Positions 60,001 to 64,000 of a DNA stretch of 64,000 nt are shown in pieces (position 1 is the first letter of the stretch; each line of letters begins with the position of its first letter). The position numbers and the translations under genes were made by a program. Location of the stretch: positions 62,001 through 126,000 of the forward strand of contig NIVC01001280.1 in assembly GCA_002269645.1 (NCBI GenBank), read 5' to 3'. The stretch is from Macrostomum lignano (taxonomy: Eukaryota). Below the pieces are notes generated by a model, which had not been told where the DNA came from, searched no databases, and worked only from the letters and a program-made list of their open reading frames with translations.

Positions 60001-62277
60001 GGCGCCATCGCCTCGCTGTCCGTCATCGGCGCCATCGCAGCCAACCTCATCGCGTTTGTCAGCATCCTGGCCTTCATCAATTCTACGGTTACATGGCTCG
60101 GCTACAGAGCGGGCCTGAGCTTCCCGCTCACATTCGAGTTCGTGCTGTCGTTCTTGTTCTGGCCGCTGGCGCTGGTCATGGGAGTCCCTCCCAGAGACTG
60201 CCGACAGGTGGCCGAGCTGATCGGCATCAAGACTTTTCTAAACGAGTTCATCGCCTACCAGCGGCTCAGTGAGTGGCTAATTTTGTTTTAATTAGTTACT
60301 CTTAGATTTTCGACATCTTTTCCGCTAACCCAATCCAATTTCAGTAACCATCAAGGAGAATCATCGAGCATTCTTATCAGAATTCGGAAACGGCACTGAT
60401 CTGGTTTACGCCTGGTCCGGGAATGACATTGTTATACCGGTTCTCAATCGCACCTTCTCTGGCGGTCTTCTTTTTGAGGCATGTTTTGCAAGTTTTTTAT
60501 TTGCTTTTCTATTTACGAATGCTTTTCTATGCATTCGTAGTGAAAGTTCAGTTGCTAGATACGGAGCTATGTGTTGAAATCATGGAATCCCATGGATGGA
60601 GTTATTCCATTTGAGCATTAAGAAATTCACATAAAGTACCCAGTTTCCTTATGAGGGGAGAGCCCCTCGATGGTGAATGGTCATTGGTTAATGGACATTA
60701 TTTCTTTTTTATTGGCTTCACTTTCAGCTTCCAAAATACGCCCTAAGTATCGTACACGTAGTGCCTCATTAAATTTTACGGTAACTTTTGCAGCGGAGTC
60801 CTTTTCTAGGTCCTTACATAAGGTGTTCACTCTGTCCACTGGAAACAAAAGATCGATTTCCAAGACTAAACTTCCAGTAAGGAGACACGACTAAACGGCC
60901 CAGGAGCGACCTACTTGGCTGCTTTGATGGTGGTGATACTGAGAGCCAGATAGTTGACCCTCGTATCCAGCTGGGGCCGCGGTGGCTAAGATTAGCTCTT
61001 CTACCTGCCACTGCAAAGTATACCAGAGCAGAAAGCAACCAGGATACTCGGCATGACTAATGGTCTCTAGCCAGTTCGAGACTTATTGCAGACACGCGCA
61101 GCTGCCTTTTACGGGTATATTCAGAGCGCCGCCTGCTTCCGCTCAGCTTTTCCGCCGATCAATCCGGGAGCATGGGAACCCCTTGGTCCACAGGGACTGC
61201 CAGGACCAGCCTCATCGACTGGGAACTCCGCACTGGACAGCAGAATCAAGCCTTTCTTTGAGAACACCTTCCTCGCGGCTTATGAAAACTTTGAATTAAC
61301 AGTCACAGGCAGACTTTTGCATCAATTCAAGCTCTTTAAAGCCATCATCAGCACTACCGAACGAAGTCAAAGCTGATGAAGACACATGTGGTCAACCTGC
61401 TGATGAAATTTGGAGGCTTGGCAAGCAGGCTGCACTGAGGTGCACTGCTGATTACCGCACAGGGGTGTACAGAATACACTAGCGCTTATGGGAAAAATCG
61501 AATCGAAATATTGAATATCTCGACGGTGCTGTTTTGTTTCAAGTCTTGTTGGAGAAGGTGCTCAACAAAAAGTTAGCCTGTGTTCTTGAATTTCGTGTGC
61601 CTGCGTTGCGCCGTTTCGCGCAGCAAAAAAATTGACAAGGGGGGGGAATTACGAGTACCTTGGTAGTTCTATCGTTAATTCATTTCTTTCAACGAAATTT
61701 GCTTTTCGTGAAAAAAATAAATACAAGTAGGCACAAATCAGTGACAACATTCAGATTGAGGAAGTTTTGATTTTCAAGCTGCAGAAATCTATGCTTCAGA
61801 GGAAACTGCTGTGGTTCTGTATAATGAAGCCCGAAGCCAATTCGTGTAGAAACTCGTCTATTTTTGGTTATCTTGCTTATGCAGCGGATAAAGAATGGTA
61901 CTATCTTTCTGTAGCCAAGGAATTTGCAATTTTATTTATTGCTAACTTTTTGCCCCCTGCAGGGTAGATCCGTCGTGATCGCCACTTACTCTCTGTGCGG
62001 CTTTTCCAACCTGGGCAGCATGGGCATCCTGATTGGCGCCCTGACCGCCATGGCGCCCAGCCGCAGGGCCGACATCGCCCACTGCGGCCCGAGAGCCCTG
62101 ATTGCAGGCAGCATCGCCTGCTTCATCACCGCTTGTGTTGCAGGTAAAAATCCGGAGCTTTTAACGGAAACTAATAGTTGATACCGTGTCTCATATACTC
62201 GCACAGGTTTTCAATATATTTATAACCTAACTTTAGGCCTCTTCGTGACTGATGCGGATCTGGTGATGAACTTTTAA
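57099..62277 (+). CDS. SLC28A: Concentrative nucleoside transporter (SLC28/CNT family), paralog B; 7 exons, one GC-AG intron
   Basis: Exons 57099-57686, 58425-58616, 58698-58859, 59710-60268, 60345-60478, 61963-62143 and 62237-62277. Lengths of exons 2-7 equal those of paralog A, and the assembled frame is open. The start may lie in an upstream exon (acceptor-like CCCCTCAG ends at 57096). Confidence 0.88.
61356..61526. repeat. Dispersed repeat homologous to the 3481-3620 arm (and, inverted, to 3212-3311)
   Basis: Shared GACACAT(A/G)TGGTCAAC(G/C)TGCTGATGAAATTTGGAGGCTTGGCAAG and CACAGGGGTGTAC(T/A)GAATACACT; ends ATATCTCGACGG, the reverse complement of CCGTCGAGATAT at 3212. Confidence 0.75.
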
Positions 62278-64000
62278 GCTTTTCTGGAAGAATTACTTCG
62301 ATACTGACTACCGATCTGCTGAGCTCGCAGTCTGCTTTCTCTTGAATTCGATTAGTGGGGCGGCTCCAAAGAGAGAATAAAAATTTAGCATTTTTACCTT
62401 TGAATTTTGTCTGCTTCAAACGTGCCGAATGATTAACCAGCGATTGATCGAGGGCGTACACTGCTCAACTCTGCCCTTCAGTTGTGCGAATTTTTACTCT
62501 CCTAACCTGAAGCCAATCAGCTCGCGTGCTTCACTATTCATCAGCTGTGACTCTACGCAAACCCACACTGCCGATCGCTACAATCGTAAATATCTTTAGG
62601 TATGCTCTCTTACAATGTCGAATAGTTCAGACAACTTAAATGGTCAAAAATATGATCATGTATCTACAGCTGCTAAAGAGGCTTACTGTGCGTTACTACT
62701 GATTTTATGGCCTGAAAGTTAAATGCTTTACTATAAACAACATGCAAATCATACTCGTCAGACAGAAATGCTTTTTGTCAAAGTTCTAAAGTCAATTTAG
62801 CTTTCGAAAGGTTAAAGGTGAAACGTGCATCAAATAGCTTTGCCAGTCTTCTTCTTCCTCTAAGCACTGGATGACGCTTGCCCTGCTCCAAAACAAAGAG
62901 GTGTTGAGGTGTTTTTCAGGGGTGCCGGCTGCCGTCAAATAAATTCGGCATTTTTTCGCCTCTAATATCAGTCAAGCAATGCGTGATTTGCATGCATGAT
63001 GAGCAATGTATTTTAAAGCGTTTTTCCTAATTATGATCTGACATCTTTTTGATCTAAAAAGATGTTTGAGTTTGAACGTTGAGTTTGAGTTTGAATTCTT
63101 AGAAAATGAAATAAGAAACCTCAACAAACTTTGAAATTTGAAATTAACTAAATAAAAATTTGTGAACTTGTATTTAGGGTTCATTGTTGATTAATGACTG
63201 ATTTTTGTCTAACAGTTTAATATTTATGCTTGTTACTCAAGCGCTACGAATATATTTAATCTTTTACTGTTATAAAACAGCAGGTGTTCGCCATTGGCTG
63301 AATTGTGATTTATGTGAAAAGTGGTTTCACTTTTTTACTTTTTAATGCAACACATTAAGACATCACTGTTGTAGAACTATTTTGAATAGATTGGCTGAAA
63401 CAATCAAATAAGGAGAGAGGAATGCAGTCTCAGCAGTTGTATCGGCTGCAGGATAATTAGAACAAGAAACCCCATCACCCACCGGCCAAATAGCTGCTGT
63501 CCCTTCATAGAAGCGGCCTTTATGACAACATACATTACCACTAGTAGTAATGGAGTGTATATTAAGTAATAATTGTTCTAAAATACTTCTATCATTTAAA
63601 ATCTCTCACTATGCCGAGCTATCAGTCATCCTCCACGGAAACACGCCGTGAGGAGAACCGACAATTTCATGCGAAGATCTCGAGGTGAACACCACGAGGG
63701 TTCATTTTCAAGGTCTCTAATATTATCAGATGCTACCGATGCGGCGAAGCCGGGCACCGAAGCTGCAACGCCGCCAAAGGCAAAAAAGCATGCAGGAGCT
63801 GCAACACGCCTGGGCACTTTGGCCAAGGCCTGCCTGTCAAAGGGCAGTTTAAGAAACCGACTGCACGTCCTTGGGGACAATATGCAGGAAGGATCCAGAG
63901 CGCATGAGCAGCCCGTCGATTGACGATGGAGAAATATTCTGCGTGTCTGAAAGCAAGCTACCCCTGATCGAAATCTCAGTTAACGGCAAATGAGTTAGAG

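Noticed and set aside
60670-61038. Short minus-strand ORFs containing VRYLG (RT-like)
   Set aside because: A single short motif with no other RT domains nearby.
63648-63923. 91-aa ORF near the window end
   Set aside because: No ATG start at the called position, no recognisable domain and no clear splice partner within the window.

Overview
Eukaryotic (animal) genomic DNA, not prokaryotic. GC-rich exons are separated by GT-AG introns, many of them filled with minisatellites; this style suggests an invertebrate such as a flatworm, but the species cannot be established from the sequence. Five spliced + strand genes can be assembled: a PPP1R3-type glycogen-targeting PP1 subunit (89-1495), VWA8 (AAA+/VWA protein, at least 6591-21683), an FMNL-type formin (35799-40631) and two tandem SLC28/CNT nucleoside transporter paralogs (45054-51921 and 57099-62277). 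Mobile DNA includes a full-length 5.8-kb RNase H-bearing non-LTR element (Loa/Lian-like, - strand, 23515-29320, 12-bp TSD), a degenerate 3'-deleted relative (about 52871-55480), a 5'-truncated RTE element (33196-34924, 9-bp TSD) and several MITE/foldback elements with 8-bp TSDs. The most notable observations: (i) the LINE's empty site matches a nearby 17-bp minisatellite over 22/22 nt and resembles a motif in its own 5'UTR; (ii) the CNT paralogs are nearly identical in some exons but strongly diverged in the exons encoding the nucleobase pocket; (iii) two intronic minisatellites have units that span the functional splice acceptor. Exon coordinates were derived by hand from splice signals and frame continuity. 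Family assignments rest on remembered motifs, not on database searches.
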